64,000 nucleotides of DNA from contig CAUSAR010000002.1 in NCBI GenBank assembly GCA_963529735.1, positions 308-64,307 on the forward strand, written 5' to 3'. Positions 49,298 through 58,860 of the stretch are shown here, one piece after another. The translations under genes were made by a program, and so were the position numbers. The DNA is from an uncultured Campylobacter sp. Its GTDB lineage: Bacteria > Campylobacterota > Campylobacteria > Campylobacterales > Campylobacteraceae. Each line of letters begins with the position of its first letter. The first letter of the stretch is position 1. Under the pieces are notes generated by a model. The model was not told where the DNA came from. It was given only the letters and a program-made list of their open reading frames with translations, and made no database searches.

Positions 49298-49672
49298 ATG
49301 AGCATAATGGCCATCGACGTTGGGCTAAAACGTATCGGCGTGGCGCTGGCTGTTGGGCAAACCGTGATGCCTCAAACGCCCGTTCTGCGCAAAAATCGCA
49401 ATCAAGCCGCGCGCGACGTTAGCGCCGTTTTGCGCGAATACGGAGCAAAAAAGCTAGTCGTGGGCGTGCCGCTTGGGGGATCTAGCGAGGACGAGATGCG
49501 GCGACGGATCGAGCACTTCGTGTCGCTGCTGGCATTTGACGGCGAGGTGGTCTATCAGGATGAGGCGATGAGTAGCTTTGAGGCGAGCGAAATTTACGCT
49601 GAAAGCAGGCGCGACGGACGGCTAGATAGCATCGCGGCGATGATTATTTTAAAGCGGTATTTGGGACTTTGA
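49298..49672 (+). CDS. ruvX: Holliday junction resolvase-like protein RuvX/YqgF
   Basis: The IMAIDVGLKRIGVAL N-terminus and LDSIAAMIIL C-terminal motif are present. Confidence 0.9.
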   Translation: MSIMAIDVGLKRIGVALAVGQTVMPQTPVLRKNRNQAARDVSAVLREYGAKKLVVGVPLGGSSEDEMRRRIEHFVSLLAFDGEVVYQDEAMSSFEASEIYAESRRDGRLDSIAAMIILKRYLGL

Positions 49673-49931
49673 GCAAATTTGGCGCGCGGTAAAAGGGCGG
49701 CAAATTTGAGTTTTGTGCTAGTGTTATGCCGGGTCCGTCTTGGCTGGTCGTTGCCGCGCATATAGAGTGAGTAAAATTTGAGTCAAATTTACGTCTCGGC
49801 GGTAAATTTAGCCTAGGCTTTGCGTAAAATTTAAAAAGCAGCTTGAGCGGCGGATTTGCTAGTTAAATTTGACTTGCGGGTTAGGCGCGCTACGATTTGG
49901 AGTCAAATTTGCTCCGACGACAGCCCGCCGA
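49673..49931. repeat. Intergenic spacer densely seeded with AAATTT
   Basis: About 8 AAATTT copies in 259 bp by eye. Confidence 0.75.
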
Positions 49932-50531
49932 TCAGCTATATCGCCGTATCCAGTCATCTAAAAAACGCATTTGCTCTGCCGTATGAAACCGATGTTCGCC
50001 GTTTTTCATGACGGTAAGCGTTGCTTTGATTCGGTTTGCAAACTCGCAAATCGTTTCAAAAGAGGTTAGATCGTCCTTTTCGCCGTATAAAATATGCGTC
50101 GGCGCCGTCCAGCAGATAGGATGCTCTCTGGCGTAGCAAAGATATTTCCACGAAAGTTTTTCTCCAGACCCCGTGTCCAGCTCGCCCCTATCTCGCAGCT
50201 CATCCTCGCTCACGCGCGCCTGCGACATCATTTTTTCGATTAAAATTTGCATATTTACGATCGGCGAAATAAAATACGCCTTTTTTATCTCCATACCCTG
50301 CAAGGCATGCATGGCAAAAAACGCGCCGATACTGTTTGCGACAATCGTCACGGATTTGCGGTTTTTAAGGATGTGCTCAAAATACGGCGCAAATTCCTCT
50401 TTTGCCTCCCACGGCGTGCGCGCTTCGTGATCAAATCCTAGCACGTCGCTATCCGCAAAAAACTGTTGAAAATGGGCCGCTTCTTGCGCGCTTCCGCCTT
50501 TGCCGTGTATGTACACGACTATATTTTTCAT
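49932..50531 (-). CDS. Alpha/beta hydrolase-fold protein
   Basis: IVVYIHGKGGS, a nucleophile-elbow-like ANSIG and a C-terminal GEHRF are present. 199 aa. Confidence 0.7.
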   Translation of the reverse strand: MKNIVVYIHGKGGSAQEAAHFQQFFADSDVLGFDHEARTPWEAKEEFAPYFEHILKNRKSVTIVANSIGAFFAMHALQGMEIKKAYFISPIVNMQILIEKMMSQARVSEDELRDRGELDTGSGEKLSWKYLCYAREHPICWTAPTHILYGEKDDLTSFETICEFANRIKATLTVMKNGEHRFHTAEQMRFLDDWIRRYS

Positions 50532-50671
50532 GATTTTTCCTTTTTGCTGCCGCTAAATTTTAGCTTTGCAGCAAGCGGACGGATGATGCAAAGCGCGCTT
50601 TGGCGCTGTTTGCTCTAAAATTTGAGTAGTCCGTCCTCGTCAAATTTAAAGTCAGGCCCCCAAGCCACCTC

Positions 50672-51043
50672 TCAGTAGTATCCGTCCGGATCGGCAAAAT
50701 ACGCGTGGTATCCGCCCCAAAACGCAACTTGCGGCTCCTTGACGATGGTGCCGCCCGCCTTTTTAACTAGCTTTATGACGCTATCCACGTCCTCTTTGTT
50801 TTTTACGTTATAGGCTAGCGTGATGCCGGCAAATCCGCTTCCCCTCGGCGGATCGTTTTCGCTGGTATCTCGCGCCAGCGCGTCTAGCGGATAGAGCTCA
50901 AATTTGGTTCCGGGCGTATTGAAAAAGCATACTGGCGGATTGTCCTCTTTGCAATCAGTCTCGTAACCTAGGCCGTCGCGGTAAAATTTGAGCGCCCTTT
51001 GCATGCTTCGCACGCCCAGGCAGATGCAGGTTATTTTATTCAT
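50672..51043 (-). CDS. VOC (glyoxalase/bleomycin-resistance/dioxygenase) family protein
   Basis: 123 aa. The FYRDGLGYE start and YFADPDGYY end are typical of VOC proteins. Confidence 0.8.
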   Translation of the reverse strand: MNKITCICLGVRSMQRALKFYRDGLGYETDCKEDNPPVCFFNTPGTKFELYPLDALARDTSENDPPRGSGFAGITLAYNVKNKEDVDSVIKLVKKAGGTIVKEPQVAFWGGYHAYFADPDGYY

Positions 51044-51166
51044 TTTGGCCTCCGTTATTTGGGCTTATTATATCATTTTGGAGCTAGAGGTTTTGGGTCA
51101 AATTTGTCGTTATAAAATGAAATGAAAGGACTTGTAAGCTCAAAAAACGGGTAAAATTTCAGAAAG

Positions 51167-52189
51167 CTAAATTTTATCCCCGTTTTGCGTCTCAAATTCG
51201 TAAGCTTCATTTAAGATACGCACGAGAGTGTCTGACAGATAGGGCTGAACTAGCGTCCAGACGCGGATTTTCGGGTTTAAATTTACCGCCGCGTTCGTGG
51301 TTTTTAGCACGACTAGCGCGATCTTTTTTTCTATCAAAAGCGTAGCTAGTGCGTCATCTATCTCGCGTAGCAGGCTCTCCTCGATAAAGACGACGTTAGG
51401 GCGAAAGATCATATCCTCTATGTGACGTTTTACGATACTCCACTCGTTGCTCGGCTTCACGTCGATACCGATAAACTCGAGATCTTTTTTGATGATATTA
51501 AATGAATAGGGGTTTGGCTCGGCGACGAGGGCGCTAAAATTTTTTGGATTTTTTATCTTAAAGCTTTGCATGAGATCAAGCTTGTCGTCGCACAGACGCA
51601 GCGAAATCTCGGTGCTAATGCGTACGCCGTGATCAAACTCAAATCTGATAGTTGAGCCGTTTTGCTCGGCTAGCGCTATCGCCGTTTCGTAGTATTTGCG
51701 GCTTTGCGCGTTCATATTTACGCGAGGCGTGCTTTTGCATGTAAAAAAGTCGTGATCACAGTGGACGCTAAGGGTAAATTTGATATTGTTTTTGTAGTAG
51801 TTCGAGAGTAAAAATTTGATCGTAACGGTCGAGTTTGAGACGTTTAAAAGGAAAATTTGAACCATCGCGTCGATGAGCTTTGCAAGGGCTGCGATATCTG
51901 CGTAAAACAGCCTAGGATAGGCGATGTCGTAGTCTAGCAGCACGTAGTTCGTGTTTTTTTGCGCATCCTCGTTTAGCGAGGAGGCTAAAAACAGTAAACC
52001 GCCCGCGATATCGACTTTTGGCAGCGCGTTTGCCTCGCTAGATTTGCTGGTCTCGTTCATGCCGTTTTTTTGCGTCGTTTCTTTTTTTATCACGCCATTT
52101 GACCTTTTGATTTTATCCATAAAATAGCAACCGCTCAAAACCGCTATATAAAATGCGGCGAAAATCAGGAAAATATACGCGAAACTCAC
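51167..52189 (-). CDS. Membrane-anchored hypothetical protein with degenerate HATPase-like and pseudo-receiver-like regions
   Basis: An N-terminal TM segment is present. IDAMVQIFLLNVSNSTVTIKF and NGSTIRFEFDHGVRISTEISL resemble histidine-kinase ATPase N-box and C-terminal strands. ALVAEPNP..VVFIEESL..LVQPY resembles a receiver domain with all key acidic/Lys residues replaced. Confidence 0.55.
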   Translation of the reverse strand: MSFAYIFLIFAAFYIAVLSGCYFMDKIKRSNGVIKKETTQKNGMNETSKSSEANALPKVDIAGGLLFLASSLNEDAQKNTNYVLLDYDIAYPRLFYADIAALAKLIDAMVQIFLLNVSNSTVTIKFLLSNYYKNNIKFTLSVHCDHDFFTCKSTPRVNMNAQSRKYYETAIALAEQNGSTIRFEFDHGVRISTEISLRLCDDKLDLMQSFKIKNPKNFSALVAEPNPYSFNIIKKDLEFIGIDVKPSNEWSIVKRHIEDMIFRPNVVFIEESLLREIDDALATLLIEKKIALVVLKTTNAAVNLNPKIRVWTLVQPYLSDTLVRILNEAYEFETQNGDKI

Positions 52190-52191
52190 GG

Positions 52192-53220
52192 CTATATAAC
52201 CAGCATCGCGTCGCCGTAGGAGTAAAATTTGTACTTTTGCTCCACGGCGGTTTTGTAAATCCGCATAGTCTGCCTAAGCCCGATAAAGCTCGTAACTAGC
52301 ATGATTAGCGTCGATTTTGGAAGGTGAAAGTTCGTAAGCAGGTAGTTTTGGCGGATGGGTTTGTTGTTTAAATTTAAAAACAGCCTACACTCGCCGCTAG
52401 ACTTACCGCTTCTTGCAAACTCCTCTACGCAGCGCGTCACCGTCGTGCCTACGCCTAGGATCGGTCTGTTTGAGTTTATCAAATTTTGCGTATCTTGCGG
52501 GATATCGTAAAACTCCGCATGCATCTTGTGCTGCGTGATATCCTCGATCTCCACGCCCTTAAACGTCCCCGCGCCCACGTGCAGCGTGAGGTAGGCTATC
52601 TCGCGGTCTTTGGCTAGGCGCGCGATCATCTCGTCGCTAAAGTGCAAGCTCGCAGTCGGAGCCGCCACTGCGCCCTCGTTTTTGGCAAACACGCTTTGGT
52701 ACCAGCTCTCATCGTCTTTGGTGTCGCTTCGCTTGATATATGGCGGCAGAGGCACGTGGCCGATGCGGGACAATATACCGTAAAGCGCGGCCGCATCCAA
52801 AGGTTCGCCGTTTTGGCTAAATTTGACCGTGCGCGAGCCATCGTCAAAGAGCTCGCAGACCTCGGCGGTCAAATTTTCGCCAAAATTTAAAACGCTGCCC
52901 GCGCGGACTTTACCTTTTATATAGACGCTAAATTTACCGTCCGCTAGCGGAGAGTTTAGCAAAAGCTCCGTCTCGCCGCCGCTTTGTTTTTTGCCGAAAA
53001 TTCGAGCTTTCACCACCTTTGTGTCGTTAAAAATAATATCGCAAGGCGGTAAAATTTCGGGCAAGTCGCCGAATTTTAGATGAGAGATTTTTTCGCTCGC
53101 TCGCTCGTAGACTAGCAGCCTGGCGTCCTCTTTGGGAAAGGTTGGGAAATTGGCGATTAGCTCCGGCGGTAGCTCGTAGTCGTAGGCGTCAAGCGAGTTT
53201 GGATTTAAAATTTGACTCAT
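52192..53220 (-). CDS. queA: S-adenosylmethionine:tRNA ribosyltransferase-isomerase
   Basis: YDYELPPELIA, the SLHFSDE-like region and HVGAGTF are present. 342 aa. Confidence 0.95.
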   Translation of the reverse strand: MSQILNPNSLDAYDYELPPELIANFPTFPKEDARLLVYERASEKISHLKFGDLPEILPPCDIIFNDTKVVKARIFGKKQSGGETELLLNSPLADGKFSVYIKGKVRAGSVLNFGENLTAEVCELFDDGSRTVKFSQNGEPLDAAALYGILSRIGHVPLPPYIKRSDTKDDESWYQSVFAKNEGAVAAPTASLHFSDEMIARLAKDREIAYLTLHVGAGTFKGVEIEDITQHKMHAEFYDIPQDTQNLINSNRPILGVGTTVTRCVEEFARSGKSSGECRLFLNLNNKPIRQNYLLTNFHLPKSTLIMLVTSFIGLRQTMRIYKTAVEQKYKFYSYGDAMLVI

Positions 53221-53245
53221 TTGGCTAGCCTACTTGATTTCATAG

Positions 53246-54001
53246 TTATTCGTCCTCTTTTTCTTCGTCGGTTTCCTGCTCGGGCTCTTCGTTTTTGGCA
53301 GGATTTACGCGGGCGGCTATAAAGATAGAAAGCCCGTAAAGACCGATGAGAGGCACCGCCATCAAAAACTGGCTGAGGATATCCGGAGGCGTCATAATCG
53401 CGGCAAATATAAAAATCACGACGATAGCGTAGCGGAAGGAGTTTTTGAGCATCTTATCATCGACTAGGCCGAGTTTAGCGAGAAAAAAGGTGATAACGGG
53501 AAGCTCAAACGCGATACCGAATGCAATGACTAGTTTCGTAAAAAAGCCGACGTAGCCGCCGATGTTTAGCATCGCAGAAAAGAGCTGCTGGCCGAAATTT
53601 ATAAGGAACGCAAAACCGATAGGAACGACGACGTAGTAGCAAAATGCAGCACCAACTAGAAACATAAAAGTCGCCGAAATAACGAACGGGATTACGTATT
53701 TTTTCTCGTTTTCGTAAAGTCCCGGCGCGACAAACAGCCAAAACTGCCAAAAAATAATCGGCAACGAAAACAAAAATCCCGTAAAAAACGCCACCTTCAT
53801 CGCTACGAAAAAGGGCTCTTGCACCTCGAGAAAGACCATTTTTTGATTGTCAGGCAGAGTGTTTTGCAGCGGCGCGATGATAAAGTCTAAAATTTGATTC
53901 CAAAAGCTAAAGCACACTACAAACATCACGATCACGGTCATGACGCTGATGAAAAGCCTTTTTCTAAGTTCTACTAAATGCGGTTTTAGCTCTTCAAACA
54001 T
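53246..54001 (-). CDS. tatC: Twin-arginine translocase subunit TatC
   Basis: Six-TM layout with a HLVELRKRL start and PPD motif. 251 aa. Confidence 0.93.
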   Translation of the reverse strand: MFEELKPHLVELRKRLFISVMTVIVMFVVCFSFWNQILDFIIAPLQNTLPDNQKMVFLEVQEPFFVAMKVAFFTGFLFSLPIIFWQFWLFVAPGLYENEKKYVIPFVISATFMFLVGAAFCYYVVVPIGFAFLINFGQQLFSAMLNIGGYVGFFTKLVIAFGIAFELPVITFFLAKLGLVDDKMLKNSFRYAIVVIFIFAAIMTPPDILSQFLMAVPLIGLYGLSIFIAARVNPAKNEEPEQETDEEKEDE

Positions 54002-54405
54002 TACGCCTCTTTTTTCTCGTTATCGCCTAGAACGGCGTTTTTGACGGCTTCGCCCGGATTTTTGACTGCTTCGACGCTCTTTTTCACGTCGTTTAGGCCG
54101 TCCGTGATGCCGCTAGTGACGTCGTTTAGGCCCTTTTTGAGCTCGTCAAGCTCCTCAAAGGTGAGCTTTTTTCGCACGGTTTCGGTGGTTTTTGCGATGC
54201 TTTCTTTGTATTTTTTCGCGTCCTCTTTGAGTTCTTGGATTTTTATCTCTTGATCGAAGCTGCTTTTTGCGTCATTGACCGTTTTTTTGACGGTTTTAAA
54301 AAATTTCGCTATCTCTACCATCGCGCTAGGAAGCTTATCGGGCCCCAAAAATAGCACTGCGATGATGGCTATGACGATGATCTCGGGTAAGCTCATGCCA
54401 AACAT
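54001..54405 (-). CDS. tatB: Twin-arginine translocase subunit TatB
   Basis: MFGMSLPEIIVIAIIAVLFLGPDKLP is a TatA/B N-terminus. The 134-aa length and adjacency to tatC favour TatB. Confidence 0.85.
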   Translation of the reverse strand: MFGMSLPEIIVIAIIAVLFLGPDKLPSAMVEIAKFFKTVKKTVNDAKSSFDQEIKIQELKEDAKKYKESIAKTTETVRKKLTFEELDELKKGLNDVTSGITDGLNDVKKSVEAVKNPGEAVKNAVLGDNEKKEA

Positions 54406-54469
54406 TTTTTATCCTAAATTTTTATTTAAAGCGCTCATTTTAGCGTTTTTTATCTCAAATTTGCATAAA

Positions 54470-55522
54470 TCAGCCCGCGATAAATAAAGAAATTTCATCC
54501 GCGGTGAGGAAATTTTTGGCGTAATATCGCCCATTTTTAAATTTTAATTTTCCGCTATTTTTTAGCAGCCGCGCTCTTTGCTCTTGCTCGGCGTTTAGGC
54601 TGTTTTGATCGATGCCCACGATGCTTCTAGCGCCTAAAAATATGCGCTCTAAATTTAGCTCGTCCACGCTTAAATTTTCTATTTTCTTAGCGTGCGGATT
54701 TTTGACGTAGGCGTTTAAATTTGAAGCGTTATAAAAGCGGCGATCGCGCCAAAATCCGACTGCGTAAGCGCCGATGGCAAGGTAGAATTTGGCCTGCCAG
54801 TAGCCAAGATTGTGTTTGCAAATTTGACCGAAATTTGATATTTCGTACTGTTTTAGCCCGGTCTCCTCGATGCGCTCTATCATAAATTTCGCCAGCCTCG
54901 GGCTATCTTTTGCGTAGCTTATTTTGCCGGCAAAGGGCGTATTTTCTTCAAGCGTTAGCGAGTACGCCGACACGTGCGAAACGCCCAAATTTCGGATATT
55001 TTGCGCCTCTTGCTCGAGGCGTTTTTTGGTGTCTAGCTTCGTGCCGTAGATGAGGTCGACATTTATATTTTCTAGCCCCGCGGTTTTGGCGTTTGCAACG
55101 GCCTCGTAGATCTGCCTTGCGTCGTGGATACGCCCGAGAAATTTGAGCTTATCTTCAAAAAAGCTTTGAGCACCGAAGCTCACGCGATTTACGCCGTATG
55201 ATTTCATCTGTGAGAGCCACGCTGGGCTTGCCGAGTTTGGATTTGCCTCCGTCGTGATCTCGGTGTCCTTTGCCAGATATGGCGCGACAGCCCCAAATAG
55301 CCGCTCATAGTAGCCCCCGTCCACGGCGCTAGGCGTCCCTCCGCCGATAAAAACCGTCTCGATATCGCCGTTTTTTACGTCAAATTTTAAAATCTGCTCC
55401 CTAAAATCCGCAATCATCGCGTCAAAATACGCGCTCGTTAAATTTCGTTTGCCAACGACCGAGCCAAAGGCGCAGTATGGACATTTGCTCTCGCAAAAGG
55501 GGATGTGGACGTAAAGAAGCAT
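54470..55522 (-). CDS. hemW: Radical SAM HemN-like protein (HemW heme chaperone family)
   Basis: LLYVHIPFCESKCPYCAF carries the CxxxCxxC radical SAM motif. The 350-aa short form lacks the HemN N-terminal extension. Confidence 0.85.
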   Translation of the reverse strand: MLLYVHIPFCESKCPYCAFGSVVGKRNLTSAYFDAMIADFREQILKFDVKNGDIETVFIGGGTPSAVDGGYYERLFGAVAPYLAKDTEITTEANPNSASPAWLSQMKSYGVNRVSFGAQSFFEDKLKFLGRIHDARQIYEAVANAKTAGLENINVDLIYGTKLDTKKRLEQEAQNIRNLGVSHVSAYSLTLEENTPFAGKISYAKDSPRLAKFMIERIEETGLKQYEISNFGQICKHNLGYWQAKFYLAIGAYAVGFWRDRRFYNASNLNAYVKNPHAKKIENLSVDELNLERIFLGARSIVGIDQNSLNAEQEQRARLLKNSGKLKFKNGRYYAKNFLTADEISLFIAG

Positions 55523-55745
55523 TTTGACCTTTGTTTTTGCCGTATTTTAGCAGATTTTACGGGTTTGTCGCGCGGCGTTTGATATTTTGACTTTTGCACC
55601 GTTTGGCGGTCGGTTTGCGGTAAATTTAGGTCGGATTTAGGCGCAAAACCGACTCCAGTAAGCTATTTGACGCTTTTAAATTTTAAAATTTACCGCCGTT
55701 TTTACTGCCCGTTAAATTTAAAAAGTCGCGCCGATACGTTTAAAT

Positions 55746-56696
55746 TTACGTATAAAATTTCTTTTGTTTTAAAATTTGCGTCGGCAAAACGCCGAATTTT
55801 TCTCTAAAAATCTTTGCAAAGTGCGGAGTGCTGGCGTATCCGACGATTTTTGCGGCTTCGCTTACACAGACGTCTCCGCGCTCTAAGAGCTTTTTCGCCG
55901 CGTTTAGACGCTCGCTTGCTAGCAGCCCGTAGATCGTATCGCCAAAGTAGCTTTTAAAGCCCGTTTTTAGCTTAAATTCATTCGTCGCGCACGCTCTGGC
56001 TAGTTCTTTTATGCTGGGCGGATTTTGGACGTCGCTTAGTAAAATTTGTCTTGCTTTATTTAAAATTTTTACGTATTCGTCGCTAAAATCGCGCTTTTTT
56101 TCATCGGCTTCGGGCGTTTTAGGCGCGCCTAAGCTTTTGTAGATTAGCTCTAAAATTTTAGCTTCCATAAAGATTTCTCGCATCTTACCCTCAAGCTCGC
56201 TCGCGGCTAAGAGCTCCTGCAAAATCAGGCTTTGGGCTAAATTTATCTTAGCCGTTTGGATGCAGATTTCGTTTTCTTCGCCTAGGTTTTTAAATGCCGC
56301 TAGTTCGCCGGCTAGTTCGTTTTTTAGTACGATACATCGTCCCGTATAGTTATTGCTCTGATACTCACAGATACCCTCAAATCCGCTATCCACGCGCCCC
56401 ATCCAAAACTCTCCGGCCTTTAGATAAAAAGTTTTTTTATCCGCTTTAAGCCCAGTATCAAGCCTTGCGTCGTTAAAGAGCAAAAAGCAGTAGCCAGTGC
56501 TCCTTTCAAGCCGTCTTTTTACGCTTTTGTTGCAGATTATTTCGCTTCTGCAGTAGCTTGCGCCACTTGCCCCTTTAAAAAACTCAACCTTACATTTTCT
56601 ATCTTGCTCTTGCCATGCGCTTTGTCCGTAGCGCACCGAATTTTGCGCGACTTCTTGCTCGTTTGCGCGTAAAATATCTTTAAACTCGACCTTCAT
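55746..56696 (-). CDS. AraC/XylS-family transcriptional regulator (PchR/YbtA-like context)
   Basis: A C-terminal double HTH (IKELARACATNEFKLKTGFKSYFG...GYASTPHFAKIFREKFG) is present. The gene is divergent from a TonB-dependent receptor. Confidence 0.85.
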   Translation of the reverse strand: MKVEFKDILRANEQEVAQNSVRYGQSAWQEQDRKCKVEFFKGASGASYCRSEIICNKSVKRRLERSTGYCFLLFNDARLDTGLKADKKTFYLKAGEFWMGRVDSGFEGICEYQSNNYTGRCIVLKNELAGELAAFKNLGEENEICIQTAKINLAQSLILQELLAASELEGKMREIFMEAKILELIYKSLGAPKTPEADEKKRDFSDEYVKILNKARQILLSDVQNPPSIKELARACATNEFKLKTGFKSYFGDTIYGLLASERLNAAKKLLERGDVCVSEAAKIVGYASTPHFAKIFREKFGVLPTQILKQKKFYT

Positions 56697-56750
56697 TTGT
56701 TTTTTATCCTTTTAGCGTTGATAAAAAATCCCTCTACCGTTTATCGGAGT

Positions 56751-56772
56751 ATTGATAATAATTATCTGATTA
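56751..56772. promoter_or_regulatory. Fur box in the divergent AraC/TonB-receptor promoter region
   Basis: ATTGATAATAATTATCTGATTA contains the palindrome GATAAT-A-ATTATC. This is a close match to the classical GATAATGATAATCATTATC Fur consensus, and it abuts a TATAGT -10-like hexamer. Confidence 0.6.
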
Positions 56773-56811
56773 TAGTAAAATAGGGTTTAAATTTAAATAA
56801 GGAGTTTAAAG

Positions 56812-58773
56812 ATGAAAAGTATGCCTAAAATTTCTATGCTAGCTTGTTTGGCGCTATCTTGCGCGCAGGCGGCTGACGAAGTGAAACTAAATGAAGTTAC
56901 CGTAACTAGTGCGACGGGTTTTGAGCAAAATATCAAAGACGCGCCCGCTTCCGTTTCGGTAATCACGCAAAAAGAGATAGCCAGGCGCAACCATCAAGAT
57001 ATAGAAAGCGTCGTAAAAGACGCTCCGGGCGTTTTCGGAGCGACGCTGGGAGCTGCTAGCAGACGGGGTATCACGATGAGAGGCCTTGGTCAAAAATATA
57101 CTAAAATTTTAATAGACGGCCGTCCTGCGACCAGCGATAGCGCGTATAGAGGGCTTCGCGCGATCGGTAGCGTTCAAAATTTTCTCCCGCCCGCAAACAC
57201 GATCGAGCGTATCGAAATCGTGCGAGGGCCGATGAGCTCACTATACGGCTCGGATGCGATGGGAGGCGTCATAAATATTATCACCAAGAGCTTTTCAAAC
57301 GAATTTAGCGGCAACGTAAACGGCTACTACACGCTTGCGGGCAAAAGCGGGATAAATGATGACTACCAAACCGGCTTTTACGCAAACGGTGCGGTGATTC
57401 CAGACGTACTAGGTATCGCGCTTTACGGGCGGTATTTTCATAAATTCGAAGATGAGCGAGCCTTTACGAACCGTAAAAACGAGGACGTAAATTTCGGTGC
57501 GAAAATCATGTATAACGCCACCGAAAACGACGAAATAGCGCTGGATCTACGCCGCGTAGTAAATAAATACGAGCGCACCGAAGGCAAGACGCTAAGAAGG
57601 GCTACCGGCGATAATACGAGCGTCGCGTTTGAAAAGATGAGCGGATATACCGCCTCGCTCTCGCATACGGGCAAATACGACAAGCTGCTGCTTGAAAGCT
57701 TTTTAACCCACGATCATATGAAAGAAAGCGGACAGCAAGACCTCACGCTAAAAACGACGACGCTAAATACCAAGGGAACGTATTTTTTTGATAATAACAC
57801 GCTAAGCCTAGGCGCCGAATACAGAAGAGAAAGGCTAAACGAAAAGGCAACGACGGCCGACGCCGCAAATGTCAAAAGGTATGATTTTTCGCTATACGGC
57901 GAAGATGATTTTGACGTAACCGACGCGCTCACGCTAACTGCGGGTCTAAGGTATAATCACGATAAAGACTACGGCGGACACGTATCTCCGCGCGGATATG
58001 CCGTGTATCATCTAAGCGAAAATTTATCGCTAAAAGGCGGCGTATCGGCAGGCTACTCGACGCCTGATATCAAGATGCGAACCGACGGGCTTGCTCTGCC
58101 TTTTGCCGGCGGTATGGGAGCGCAGCTGGGTAAAAGCGACTTAAAACCCGAATCCAGCCTAAACTACGAAGCCGGCGTCGCATATGGGGACGAGAGCCTT
58201 AACGTCTCGGCGATGGCGTTTTATACGCGGATAAAAGACGGTCTAGGCACGAAGCCGGTTTGCGTCGCGCGCCCGGGCGTTCCTTGCGTGCATAACGGCA
58301 AGACATATAGGCGCGGCATCTGGGAGAGCGTAAATATCGGCAAGGCTGAAGTAAAAGGCGTCGAACTCGCCTCAGACTGGCAGATTTTATCAAATTTAGC
58401 CCTGCACTCAAGCTACGTTTACACTAGATCAAAGCAAAAATCTGGCGCGTACGAGGGTAAATCTTTAAACAATCTACCCGTTCATACCGTAAAAATAGGG
58501 CTTGACTACGATATGACGCCTGATCTAAATTTCTGGACGCAGATGAACTATCTAGGCAAAACCAGAGCCGTTTACGGCCTACCGGGTGACGAGGAGATAA
58601 AGGATTATACGCTATTTGACGCGGGCGCAAGCTACAAGCTAACTAAAAACGCGAGTGTAAATTTTAGCGTTTATAATATCTTTAACGAATACGTAACGAC
58701 AAAATCCGGACGCTATGAAATTTTGATCGCCGATGGGATCAAATATAGGCTCGGATTTAACGTAAATTTTTAA
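56812..58773 (+). CDS. TonB-dependent outer-membrane receptor (siderophore/iron-complex type)
   Basis: Has a signal peptide, a plug domain (VTVTSATGFEQNIKDAPASVSVIT, IEIVRGPMSSLYGSDAMGGVINIITK) and a C-terminal beta-barrel ending RLGFNVNF. Confidence 0.92.
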   Translation: MKSMPKISMLACLALSCAQAADEVKLNEVTVTSATGFEQNIKDAPASVSVITQKEIARRNHQDIESVVKDAPGVFGATLGAASRRGITMRGLGQKYTKILIDGRPATSDSAYRGLRAIGSVQNFLPPANTIERIEIVRGPMSSLYGSDAMGGVINIITKSFSNEFSGNVNGYYTLAGKSGINDDYQTGFYANGAVIPDVLGIALYGRYFHKFEDERAFTNRKNEDVNFGAKIMYNATENDEIALDLRRVVNKYERTEGKTLRRATGDNTSVAFEKMSGYTASLSHTGKYDKLLLESFLTHDHMKESGQQDLTLKTTTLNTKGTYFFDNNTLSLGAEYRRERLNEKATTADAANVKRYDFSLYGEDDFDVTDALTLTAGLRYNHDKDYGGHVSPRGYAVYHLSENLSLKGGVSAGYSTPDIKMRTDGLALPFAGGMGAQLGKSDLKPESSLNYEAGVAYGDESLNVSAMAFYTRIKDGLGTKPVCVARPGVPCVHNGKTYRRGIWESVNIGKAEVKGVELASDWQILSNLALHSSYVYTRSKQKSGAYEGKSLNNLPVHTVKIGLDYDMTPDLNFWTQMNYLGKTRAVYGLPGDEEIKDYTLFDAGASYKLTKNASVNFSVYNIFNEYVTTKSGRYEILIADGIKYRLGFNVNF

Positions 58774-58860
58774 ATTTAGCCAAATTTAAGCGGGGCGGTG
58801 CGTAGTGATCGCCGCCCTGCTACCGGTTTTTAAAATTTGAGCTTAAATTTAAGGAGAAAG

